In this document: piece by piece, positions 9,525-17,080 of the stretch
Layout: each line of letters begins with the position of its first letter
Position numbering within the stretch: position 1 is the stretch's first letter
Virus record (IMG/VR): IMGVR_UViG_3300047510_002627
Span: 56,752-120,751 of that record
Origin: a virus
Direction: 5' to 3' (one strand)
Length of the DNA stretch: 64,000 nt
Position numbers and translations under genes: made by a program
The notes under the pieces: generated by a model
Database searches by the model: none
What the model was told of the DNA's origin: nothing
The model's input: only the letters and a program-made list of their open reading frames with translations

Positions 9525-10655
9525 ATGATTTCCATGACTAACGATCAAATCATCGAAGAACTCAAGTCCCTTTACGGAACTGAGATCACCACTAGTGATG
9601 TCAATGCATATTGTGCAATGCATGACATTTCTTATCCCACCATCACTCGCCGCCTTGAAAATTATAAGAGTGGTCGTGGTCGGTGGAATCTTGAAGTGAC
9701 TCAGGAACGAGTTGCTGAAATTGAAACCGCTTACAACTCTCCGTCTGCAATTCCCGCCCAAGAAAAGCAATGCATGATTCCTGCAAGGGATGATTCGTTT
9801 GTTCCTTTTGGCAATTTTGCCGATGTTAAAAAAATTATTAAATCTGAGATTTTCTATCCTGTGTTCATCACTGGTCTCTCTGGTAACGGTAAGACCTTCA
9901 GTGTCGAGCAAGCATGTGCTCAACTGAAACGTGAACTGATTCGTGTCAACATTACTATTGAAACTGATGAAGATGATCTTATCGGGGGTTTCCGCCTTCT
10001 CAATGGGGATACTGCTTGGCACAACGGTCCCGTCATTGAAGCACTGGAGCGAGGAGCAATCCTGCTTCTTGATGAAATTGACCTTGCCAGCAACAAAATC
10101 CTGTGCCTCCAGTCCATTCTTGAAGGTAAAGGTGTCTTCCTGAAGAAGATCGGTCGTTATGTGAAACCTGCTCCTGGTTTCAATGTCATTGCCACTGCAA
10201 ACACCAAGGGTAAGGGTTCTGATGATGGTCGTTTCATCGGCACCAACGTGCTCAACGAGGCATTCCTGGAACGATTCCCTGTGACCATGGAGCAGTCCTA
10301 TCCCTCTCCTGCAACTGAGCAAAAGATCCTTGAAGGCACTGCTCTGGATCTTGGGGTGGAAGATACCGACTTCTGCAAACGACTCGTTGACTGGGCAGAT
10401 AACATCCGTAAAACCTTCTTTGACGGTGGTGTGGATGAGATTATCAGCACTCGTCGTCTAGTCCACATCATTCGTGCTTATAGCATCTTTGGTAACAAAG
10501 AGAAAGCATTGAAATCCTGCATCAATCGCTTTGATGAAGAGACCAAACAGATTTTCATTCAAACTTATGATAAGTTCGATGCTGATTTCAATGCTAATGA
10601 AGCAGAAGAAGATGCTCCTGAAGGAAAAATTGTTATCGAGGAAAATTCCTATTGA
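9525..10655 (+). CDS. cobS: CobS-like MoxR/AAA+ ATPase
   Basis: GLSGNGKT, LLLDEID, ATANTKG, LNEAFLERF, ISTRRL; start moved to the ATG downstream of the promoter. Confidence 0.92.
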   Translation: MISMTNDQIIEELKSLYGTEITTSDVNAYCAMHDISYPTITRRLENYKSGRGRWNLEVTQERVAEIETAYNSPSAIPAQEKQCMIPARDDSFVPFGNFADVKKIIKSEIFYPVFITGLSGNGKTFSVEQACAQLKRELIRVNITIETDEDDLIGGFRLLNGDTAWHNGPVIEALERGAILLLDEIDLASNKILCLQSILEGKGVFLKKIGRYVKPAPGFNVIATANTKGKGSDDGRFIGTNVLNEAFLERFPVTMEQSYPSPATEQKILEGTALDLGVEDTDFCKRLVDWADNIRKTFFDGGVDEIISTRRLVHIIRAYSIFGNKEKALKSCINRFDEETKQIFIQTYDKFDADFNANEAEEDAPEGKIVIEENSY

Positions 10656-10680
10656 CAATGAAGTAGAAACCTGATATGAT
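10652..10680 (+). promoter_or_regulatory. sigma70-type promoter followed by a terminator-like hairpin
   Basis: TTGACA-17-TATGAT, then GGGAGAGG..CTTCTCCC+T-run. Confidence 0.7.
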
Positions 10681-10711
10681 TGGGAGAGGTAATTATGCTT
10701 CTCCCCTTTTT

Positions 10712-11275
10712 ATGGAAAATAATCAAAGTATGTTTGAGGCAGCAGCAAATTTAAATAAAAATCCAGTTAATTTGCCAAACGATCTTAGACAACTTCTAAA
10801 TCAATTATCCGAAGAAGATACTGCATGTGCAGAATGCTATGCAACCGCTCCTGATTGGACAAGACTAACTCCAAACATGCCATCAATTTTGAAGGAGAAC
10901 TCTCAAATGAATGGCCCAAAAATTAATGAAGAACAATTTGAAACTCTCCCCGAAATGCAAAAACAAAACCAAAGCAATTTAAGTAAGGAATCCAATAATG
11001 GGTTTTGGAAATATAATGAAGATAAAATTCTTAAGCAATTGGAAAGTTACATTTCAAGTACTTATAGTCAGCATTATGTTGACCGAACTGGAAATGGAAC
11101 GGAGCAAACTCTAGATAAAATTAAACATAATCGTCGTGAGGGGTTTTGTGCTGGTAATGTTACCAAGTACATTGATCGATATGATACAAAAGGAACTCCC
11201 CGAGCAGATTTGTTTAAAGTTCTTCATTATACAATTCTTCTCATCAACCATCTTGACCTGATTGAAAATAAGTGA
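10712..11275 (+). CDS. DUF3310-like conserved phage protein with an N-terminal extension
   Basis: TYSQHY...FCAGNVTKYIDRY..KG....DLFKVLHY. Confidence 0.75.
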   Translation: MENNQSMFEAAANLNKNPVNLPNDLRQLLNQLSEEDTACAECYATAPDWTRLTPNMPSILKENSQMNGPKINEEQFETLPEMQKQNQSNLSKESNNGFWKYNEDKILKQLESYISSTYSQHYVDRTGNGTEQTLDKIKHNRREGFCAGNVTKYIDRYDTKGTPRADLFKVLHYTILLINHLDLIENK

Positions 11276-11946
11276 TTATGAAACTCTCTGAAAAAACTAC
11301 CAGCATCCTCAAAAATTTCTCTGTAATTAATAGTTCAATTCTTTTTAAGAAGGGAAATCGACTTCGTACTATTTCGGTAATGAAAAACATTTACGCTGAA
11401 GCAGTTGTGACAGAAGATTTTCCAAAAGATTTTGGAGTTTATGATCTCCCTCAATTTCTTGGAGGATTGAATCTTTATAAGCAACCAGAACTCATTTTTG
11501 ATAATGATGGGTATGTTGTCATTAAAGAAGGTAAGTCACGATCCAAGTTCTTCTTTGCTAGTCAAAATACTATTGTAACTCCTCCCGATAAAGAAATTTC
11601 TCTCAATTCTGAAGATGTGTTCTTTCAAATTGACACAAATCAACTAGATAAACTGATCAAAGCATCCAATACTTATCAAGCACCAGATTTGTCTGTTATT
11701 GGTAAAAATGGTGAAGTTGATTTGATTGTAAGGGACAAGAAAAATGATACCTCTAACGACTTTTCATTTAATGTTGGAGAAACTGATTTGGATTTTTCTT
11801 TGAATTTTAAAGTGGAGAATCTTAAGATTATTACGGGATCTTATGAAGTTGCAATCTCAAAAAATAATCTTGCTAGATTTAAAAGTAAAGATTATGATCT
11901 GACATACTATATTGCTCTTGAACCAGATTCTTCATTTAATGAATGA
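11272..11946 (+). CDS. gp45: Sliding clamp gp45
   Basis: MKLSEKT..ILKNFS.IN, C-terminal YYIALEPDS. Confidence 0.95.
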   Translation: MIMKLSEKTTSILKNFSVINSSILFKKGNRLRTISVMKNIYAEAVVTEDFPKDFGVYDLPQFLGGLNLYKQPELIFDNDGYVVIKEGKSRSKFFFASQNTIVTPPDKEISLNSEDVFFQIDTNQLDKLIKASNTYQAPDLSVIGKNGEVDLIVRDKKNDTSNDFSFNVGETDLDFSLNFKVENLKIITGSYEVAISKNNLARFKSKDYDLTYYIALEPDSSFNE

Positions 11947-12161
11947 ATTCAAATACCCTTAGAATTTTAGGAAGTGTACTACTTGTAGTAGGGTACTTCC
12001 TTGTTTTGTATGTAGATATGAAAATCGGATGTACTGTCCGATTGGTTGGGAACTTGGCAATGATCCCATTTGCTGTTAAGATACGTACATGGGATGTCGT
12101 TGTTCTGGAAGCATTCTTTTCATTCATCGACCTCTCAAAAATTATTGAACTTTCATTATGA
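11943..12161 (+). CDS. Small membrane protein
   Basis: Hydrophobic 72-aa ORF overlapping both neighbours by 4 nt. Confidence 0.65.
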   Translation: MNSNTLRILGSVLLVVGYFLVLYVDMKIGCTVRLVGNLAMIPFAVKIRTWDVVVLEAFFSFIDLSKIIELSL

Positions 12162-12670
12162 ACATCTTTGTTACTTCACCATGGCCTGCGGAATCTGCTA
12201 TTTGTCTACCAGATAAGCACATTGTTAAAATGCCTCTAGAGTGCTGTCAGATGCTTTCCATTGTGGCATCGGAAAAATGGGGACACGGGTATGGATACCT
12301 TTATAAGACCGATCACACCCCGTACAAGACCGATAAGGGGGCATTCAGGAATCATCCATGCACCATCTGGGCAGCAGAGTCGATTCACAATGCTTATTGG
12401 TTGATTAAACATGGACTTAATTTGTGCGATGAGTATTCCTTGAGATATGGTAAAACCCACGCTTGCTACAAAACTCTTGTGGATTCCTTTTACTTATTTC
12501 CTAAAGGTAAAATTGACCAAGTAACATCATTTGCCCGTGCTATGCCAGATGAATATAAACTTGACACAAGCATTGACACTTTTACTGCTTACAAGATGTA
12601 TATCGCATCCAAACCTTGGGTTGCATCTAATTATCTTCGTATGCCGCAACGTAAACCTGAATGGATTTAA
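12158..12670 (+). CDS. Pyrimidine-dimer DNA glycosylase/endonuclease V-like protein
   Basis: MNIF, DKHIVKMPLE..QMLS, NHPCT.W, EY..RYGK.H, AMPD motifs. Confidence 0.75.
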   Translation: MNIFVTSPWPAESAICLPDKHIVKMPLECCQMLSIVASEKWGHGYGYLYKTDHTPYKTDKGAFRNHPCTIWAAESIHNAYWLIKHGLNLCDEYSLRYGKTHACYKTLVDSFYLFPKGKIDQVTSFARAMPDEYKLDTSIDTFTAYKMYIASKPWVASNYLRMPQRKPEWI

Positions 12671-12673
12671 ATT

Positions 12674-13621
12674 ATGAGTAACACTGATTTTCTTTGGGTC
12701 GAGCAATATAGACCCCAAACTATTGATGAATGCATTCTTCCGGAAAGAACCAAAGAAACATTCAAGCAGTTTGTAAATAAGGGTGAAATTCCTAATCTAC
12801 TTCTTGCTGGACCTCCAGGAGTTGGTAAAACCACAGTTGCAAAGGCATTGTGCTCCGAACTTGGAGTTGATTTTTATTATATTAATGGTTCTGATGAAGG
12901 TCGATTTCTTGACACTGTGAGGAATCAAGCAAAAAACTTTGCATCTACTGTTTCCATCACATCTGATGCAAAACATAAAGTTATTATTATTGATGAGGCA
13001 GACAATACTGGAAATGATGTCCAACTTTTGTTGAGGGCAAATATTGAACAATTTAGTAGTAATTGTAGATTTATTTTCACCTGCAACTATAAGAACAAGA
13101 TTATTGAACCACTACATAGTCGGTGTGCTGTAATTGAGTTTTCTTTGAAGGGTAAAGATAAATCTAAATTGGCGGGAGAATTTCTTCAAAGATTGGAAGA
13201 TATTCTTGATGAAAATTTAGTTTCTTACGATGAAAAAGTTCTAATTCAATTGGTTAAAAATTATTTTCCAGATTGGAGAAGAGTCCTAAATGAATGTCAA
13301 AGATATTCTGCCGGAGGTAAAATTGATTCTGGTATCCTTGCAATGTTTTCTGATGTTGCAGTTGATGATTTGATCGACAATTTGAAGGGTAAAAAATTTA
13401 ATGATGTTCGTAAATGGGTTGTGTCAAACCTTGATAATGACGCAAGCACTATTCTTCGTAAAATTTATGACGCTTGCTATGAAAAATTGACACCAGCGAG
13501 TATTCCTATTGCAATTTTAATTGTTGCAAAGTATCAGTATCAATCAGCATTTGTTGCCGATCAGGAAATTAACCTACTTGCAGCATTAACTGAAATCATG
13601 GTAGAATGTGAGTTTAAATGA
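12674..13621 (+). CDS. gp44: Clamp loader large subunit gp44
   Basis: LWVEQYRP, GPPGVGKTT, IIDEAD, SRC motifs. Confidence 0.96.
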   Translation: MSNTDFLWVEQYRPQTIDECILPERTKETFKQFVNKGEIPNLLLAGPPGVGKTTVAKALCSELGVDFYYINGSDEGRFLDTVRNQAKNFASTVSITSDAKHKVIIIDEADNTGNDVQLLLRANIEQFSSNCRFIFTCNYKNKIIEPLHSRCAVIEFSLKGKDKSKLAGEFLQRLEDILDENLVSYDEKVLIQLVKNYFPDWRRVLNECQRYSAGGKIDSGILAMFSDVAVDDLIDNLKGKKFNDVRKWVVSNLDNDASTILRKIYDACYEKLTPASIPIAILIVAKYQYQSAFVADQEINLLAALTEIMVECEFK

Positions 13622-13631
13622 GGTATTAAAA

Positions 13632-13925
13632 ATGTTGAATGTAAAACTTGTTAGAATGTCCAGTGGTGAAGATGTTATTACTAATATAGTCGAAGAGACT
13701 GATTCACACATTAAACTAAAAAATCCTATTGTGTCCTTTCCAACTCAAGAAGGCAGAATCGGATTTGTTCCTTGGTCTCCTTTGATCGATAAAAAAAATC
13801 CAGAAATGGAAGTTTCTAAGAATTTTATCGTTTACATTGCGGATCCAGATGTAACGATTGTTGAACAGTACAATCAAATGTTTGGAAGTAAACTTGTAAC
13901 TCCAAATAAAGATCTTATTCTCTGA
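13632..13925 (+). CDS. Conserved small protein (KLxSGED, putative Sm-like)
   Basis: VKLVRMSSGEDVI..PW..YNQMFGS motifs. Confidence 0.7.
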   Translation: MLNVKLVRMSSGEDVITNIVEETDSHIKLKNPIVSFPTQEGRIGFVPWSPLIDKKNPEMEVSKNFIVYIADPDVTIVEQYNQMFGSKLVTPNKDLIL

Positions 13926-14983
13926 TGTTATCACCCGAACAAGCAATTTGGGCAGCAGATCAATTTATTGACTACTACTCAAAATTCAATAGAATTGATG
14001 ATTATCTTAGATTTGTAAAGAATAGTAGAATTATGGAATCCTCTGGTAAATTATTTGGACCAGAGTATGAAATATTTTCAGATTTCAATATTCATCCAAT
14101 GGATATGGATTTTAAAATTTGCGTAGTTGATACTTCTGCAAAACCTAAATCCAAATATAATCAAGATCTTTATGCTGAAATTTTGAATGATACGGCATCA
14201 AATGCAATAGAAGAAGCAATTCCAGGAAGAACATTGAAATGGATAGTTGAAGAAACCAATACCAATAAAATTGTTGGAGTGATTAGATTTGGGTCTCCAA
14301 CAATAAACAGTAAACCTCGTAATGATTATTTCGGTGAAGTCCTTCCTCTATCTGATATTAACTCTCATTTTGTCATGGGTTTTAATATTGTTCCTACTCA
14401 ACCTTTTGGATTCAATTACTTGGGAGGGAAATTACTGGCCCTTTTAGCTTCATCAAATGAACTAAAGCGTCAATTTGATTCAAAGTATGGTACGGATCTT
14501 AAGTATTTTGAAACCACATCTTTATATGGAACAACTAAAGGTGTATCTATGTATGATGGACTTAAACCATATATTAAACATATAGGGGATACTGAAAGTA
14601 AATTTCTTCCTCTATTTCATGATGATTACTTTCGTGAAATGTTTTGGTGGTTTAATAATAATGCCAACGGTGGAGAACGATTAATCTCTGCCGACAAATC
14701 TTCTAAAAAATTGAAAATTCAAACCAAGATGATTTCAATCATCACAAAGTCTCTTCAAGATGCTTCAAAGTTACATGAGTTTAAACAATGTATTGAACAT
14801 GCCAAATCTTTAACTGAGAAAAAAAGATATTACTTATCAAAATTTGGATATGAAGTTGAAGAGGTAATTCAATGGTGGAAAAGAAAATCTACAAAAAGAT
14901 ATGAGAAATTGAAAAATTCAGGACTTCTTAGAACTGAACTTGAATTGTGGAAACCTGGAGTTGATTTGGAGATTATCCGATGA
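13925..14983 (+). CDS. DUF4338/DruA-like protein
   Basis: IPGR.L, G.IRFGSP, VPTQPFGFNYLGGKLLAL, TTSLYG motifs as recalled for this family. Confidence 0.65.
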   Translation: MLSPEQAIWAADQFIDYYSKFNRIDDYLRFVKNSRIMESSGKLFGPEYEIFSDFNIHPMDMDFKICVVDTSAKPKSKYNQDLYAEILNDTASNAIEEAIPGRTLKWIVEETNTNKIVGVIRFGSPTINSKPRNDYFGEVLPLSDINSHFVMGFNIVPTQPFGFNYLGGKLLALLASSNELKRQFDSKYGTDLKYFETTSLYGTTKGVSMYDGLKPYIKHIGDTESKFLPLFHDDYFREMFWWFNNNANGGERLISADKSSKKLKIQTKMISIITKSLQDASKLHEFKQCIEHAKSLTEKKRYYLSKFGYEVEEVIQWWKRKSTKRYEKLKNSGLLRTELELWKPGVDLEIIR

Positions 14984-15366
14984 CTATTGAATTGAAAGAC
15001 TGGTTAAATTCTATAAACTATACAAAAGAAAATTTGATGGAGGGTGACCCATCGAATAAAAAAGAATATCCATCTTATATTATTAATAGATGTTTGTCCG
15101 GACATTTGGATTGTGTTTTATTTGCTAATGAAATTAACAAATATCCAAGTCTGGATAAGGATCTTCAATATTTGTTTTTTATAAATACATTGAGGAAAAA
15201 GAAGAGATTCTCTCCCTGGCTCCGTAAGGATAGTGTAAAAGATTTGGAATGTGTTAAGCAATACTATGGTTATAGTAATGAAAAAGCATCCCAGGCTTTA
15301 AAGATCCTTAGAAATGATCAAATTAATTGGATCAAACAACGACTTGATATTGGCGGATTAACATGA
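14980..15366 (+). CDS. gp62: Clamp loader small subunit gp62
   Basis: LKDWLNSIN, YIINRCLS, RKKKRFSPW, YYGYSNEKA. Confidence 0.93.
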   Translation: MTIELKDWLNSINYTKENLMEGDPSNKKEYPSYIINRCLSGHLDCVLFANEINKYPSLDKDLQYLFFINTLRKKKRFSPWLRKDSVKDLECVKQYYGYSNEKASQALKILRNDQINWIKQRLDIGGLT

Positions 15367-15800
15367 CAAACCAAACTATTGAACCTCAAGTAAATTGGTC
15401 TCCCGACATGATGGTAGAAGTTACCCTTAGGGAACCAGACGATTTCTTAAAAGTAAGAGAAACCCTTACAAGAATCGGAGTAGCATCGAGAAAAGAAAAA
15501 AAATTGTATCAAAGTGCCCATATTTTACATAAACAGGGTAGATACTACATCACTCATTTTAAGGAATTGTTTGCTTTGGACGGCAAACATGCAAACCTTA
15601 CTGTGAATGATGTTCAAAGAAGAAACCGTATTATTCGACTTCTTTCGGATTGGGGACTTATTGAAGTAATTGATGAGGAAAAAATTATGGATATTGCACC
15701 TCTCAATCAAATCAAGGTCATTGCGTACAAAGAAAAAAACGAATGGATTCTTGAACAAAAATATAATATCGGTGTTAAAAAAAGAACAGTTTCTGAGTAA
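15363..15800 (+). CDS. regA: Translational repressor RegA
   Basis: PDDFLKVRETLTRIG, HILHKQG.YYI.HFKELF. Confidence 0.97.
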   Translation: MTNQTIEPQVNWSPDMMVEVTLREPDDFLKVRETLTRIGVASRKEKKLYQSAHILHKQGRYYITHFKELFALDGKHANLTVNDVQRRNRIIRLLSDWGLIEVIDEEKIMDIAPLNQIKVIAYKEKNEWILEQKYNIGVKKRTVSE

Positions 15801-15819
15801 TTCGGAAAACACTATAGAA

Positions 15820-15848
15820 TAATGGGGGTTTCAACACCTCCATTTTTT
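15820..15848 (+). terminator. Intrinsic terminator after regA
   Basis: ATGGGGG..CCTCCAT hairpin + T-run. Confidence 0.6.
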
Positions 15849-15924
15849 ATGCTTATGTTAATATATACTATGGATGCCTTCGGGGTCCACAAAATACAAA
15901 CTCGCTTTTAAAGGAGCTACTATA

Positions 15925-16362
15925 ATGACTAATCTCGCACGATTAAATACGTCGGATCTTCCTACCCTTATGGATAGGATTCATCGATATGGTATTGGTT
16001 TTGATGATTACTTTTTTGATAGATTCTGGAATCTTCACGAAACGACTTCAAATTATCCCCCATATAACTTAGTTACGTTAAGCAATGTCGAATCACGTTT
16101 GGAAATCGCACTCGCAGGATTTAAGAAAAAGGAAGTTTTTGTCTACACGCAAGACGGAAAACTCTTTGTGGAAGGGCAAAAAGAAGACAAGGAAACGGAG
16201 TCCACCTACGTACACAAAGGATTGGCGCAACGATCCTTCACTAGATCTTGGACTCTCGCAGATGACACAGAAGTTAGATCAGTTGAATTTGAGGATGGAT
16301 TGTTGAGCGTTGTTCTTGGTAAAATTGTTCCAGAATCTCATAAACGAAAAGATTATCTATAA
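15925..16362 (+). CDS. hsp20: Small heat-shock protein Hsp20
   Basis: NYPPYN, LEIALAGF, HKGLAQRSF, FEDGLL; AGGAG RBS before ATG 15925. Confidence 0.93.
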   Translation: MTNLARLNTSDLPTLMDRIHRYGIGFDDYFFDRFWNLHETTSNYPPYNLVTLSNVESRLEIALAGFKKKEVFVYTQDGKLFVEGQKEDKETESTYVHKGLAQRSFTRSWTLADDTEVRSVEFEDGLLSVVLGKIVPESHKRKDYL

Positions 16363-16410
16363 ATAATATTGGGCTACCCCCGATAACTATCGTTGTCGCA
16401 TACTCAAATT

Positions 16411-16463
16411 AGGAGGGGAACTGGCAAAAACCAGTTGACACCCCTCCTTTTTCTTGGTAAAAT
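16411..16463 (+). promoter_or_regulatory. Terminator hairpin with an embedded sigma70 promoter
   Basis: AGGAGGGG...CCCCTCCT+T-run; TTGACA(16435)-17-TAAAAT(16458). Confidence 0.65.
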
Positions 16464-16485
16464 GGTAAGAGGTATTAAGAGGAAA

Positions 16486-16863
16486 ATGACCGTAAAAGTT
16501 TTATTGTTAAAATCCGGTGAACAGATCATTGCAGATATTAATGGCATGTTCCGTGGAGAGGATCTAGTTAAGTATCAATTGATTAAACCATGTCAAGTGA
16601 TAATCAATGGGGAATTTCGCGTCACAGAACCTCATGAAGAGGTGGCTGAAAATCAAATGAGCGTTTCTCTTTATCCTTGGCCTGCTCTAACCGAGGATGA
16701 AACGGTTGAGATTTTTTGTGATTGGGCAGTAACTATGGTAAATCCTAGTAGTAATCTTAAAGAAATGTATGAAACACAGGTATTGAAAAATGACAGAAGA
16801 GAAGAAGGAACCGAAATTAATCAAAGCGATTCTTCTGATGAACAATCAATTGTTGATCAGTGA
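16486..16863 (+). CDS. Conserved small protein (KSGEQII, putative Sm-like)
   Basis: VKVLLLKSGEQIIADI..PW; GAGG RBS. Confidence 0.72.
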   Translation: MTVKVLLLKSGEQIIADINGMFRGEDLVKYQLIKPCQVIINGEFRVTEPHEEVAENQMSVSLYPWPALTEDETVEIFCDWAVTMVNPSSNLKEMYETQVLKNDRREEGTEINQSDSSDEQSIVDQ

Positions 16864-17080
16864 AATTGAACAGATAGCATGTGATATAGGTGAACCAGAT
16901 TGTAGATTGACAGACCCCTATTTGGTAAATCAATTGACGGGGGAAATCGAAGGAACATGGTTACAAGAATTTTCAAAACCAGGAGTAAATTCATTTGAAA
17001 TTCATTCCGATAAAATAGTAACCTTTTTTACTCCAAGAGCAACACTTCTAGAAAAATACACAGAGCATCTTATCAAATGA
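16790..17080 (+). CDS. Conserved small protein upstream of gp43
   Basis: DIGEPDC.L..PY, SDKIVT motifs. Confidence 0.72.
   Translation: MTEEKKEPKLIKAILLMNNQLLISEIEQIACDIGEPDCRLTDPYLVNQLTGEIEGTWLQEFSKPGVNSFEIHSDKIVTFFTPRATLLEKYTEHLIK

Noticed and set aside
9507-10322. 271-aa minus-strand ORF (also the 19648..20229 and 7357..7881 ORFs)
   Set aside because: These are antisense shadows of conserved + strand genes (cobS, uvsX, the VWA protein).
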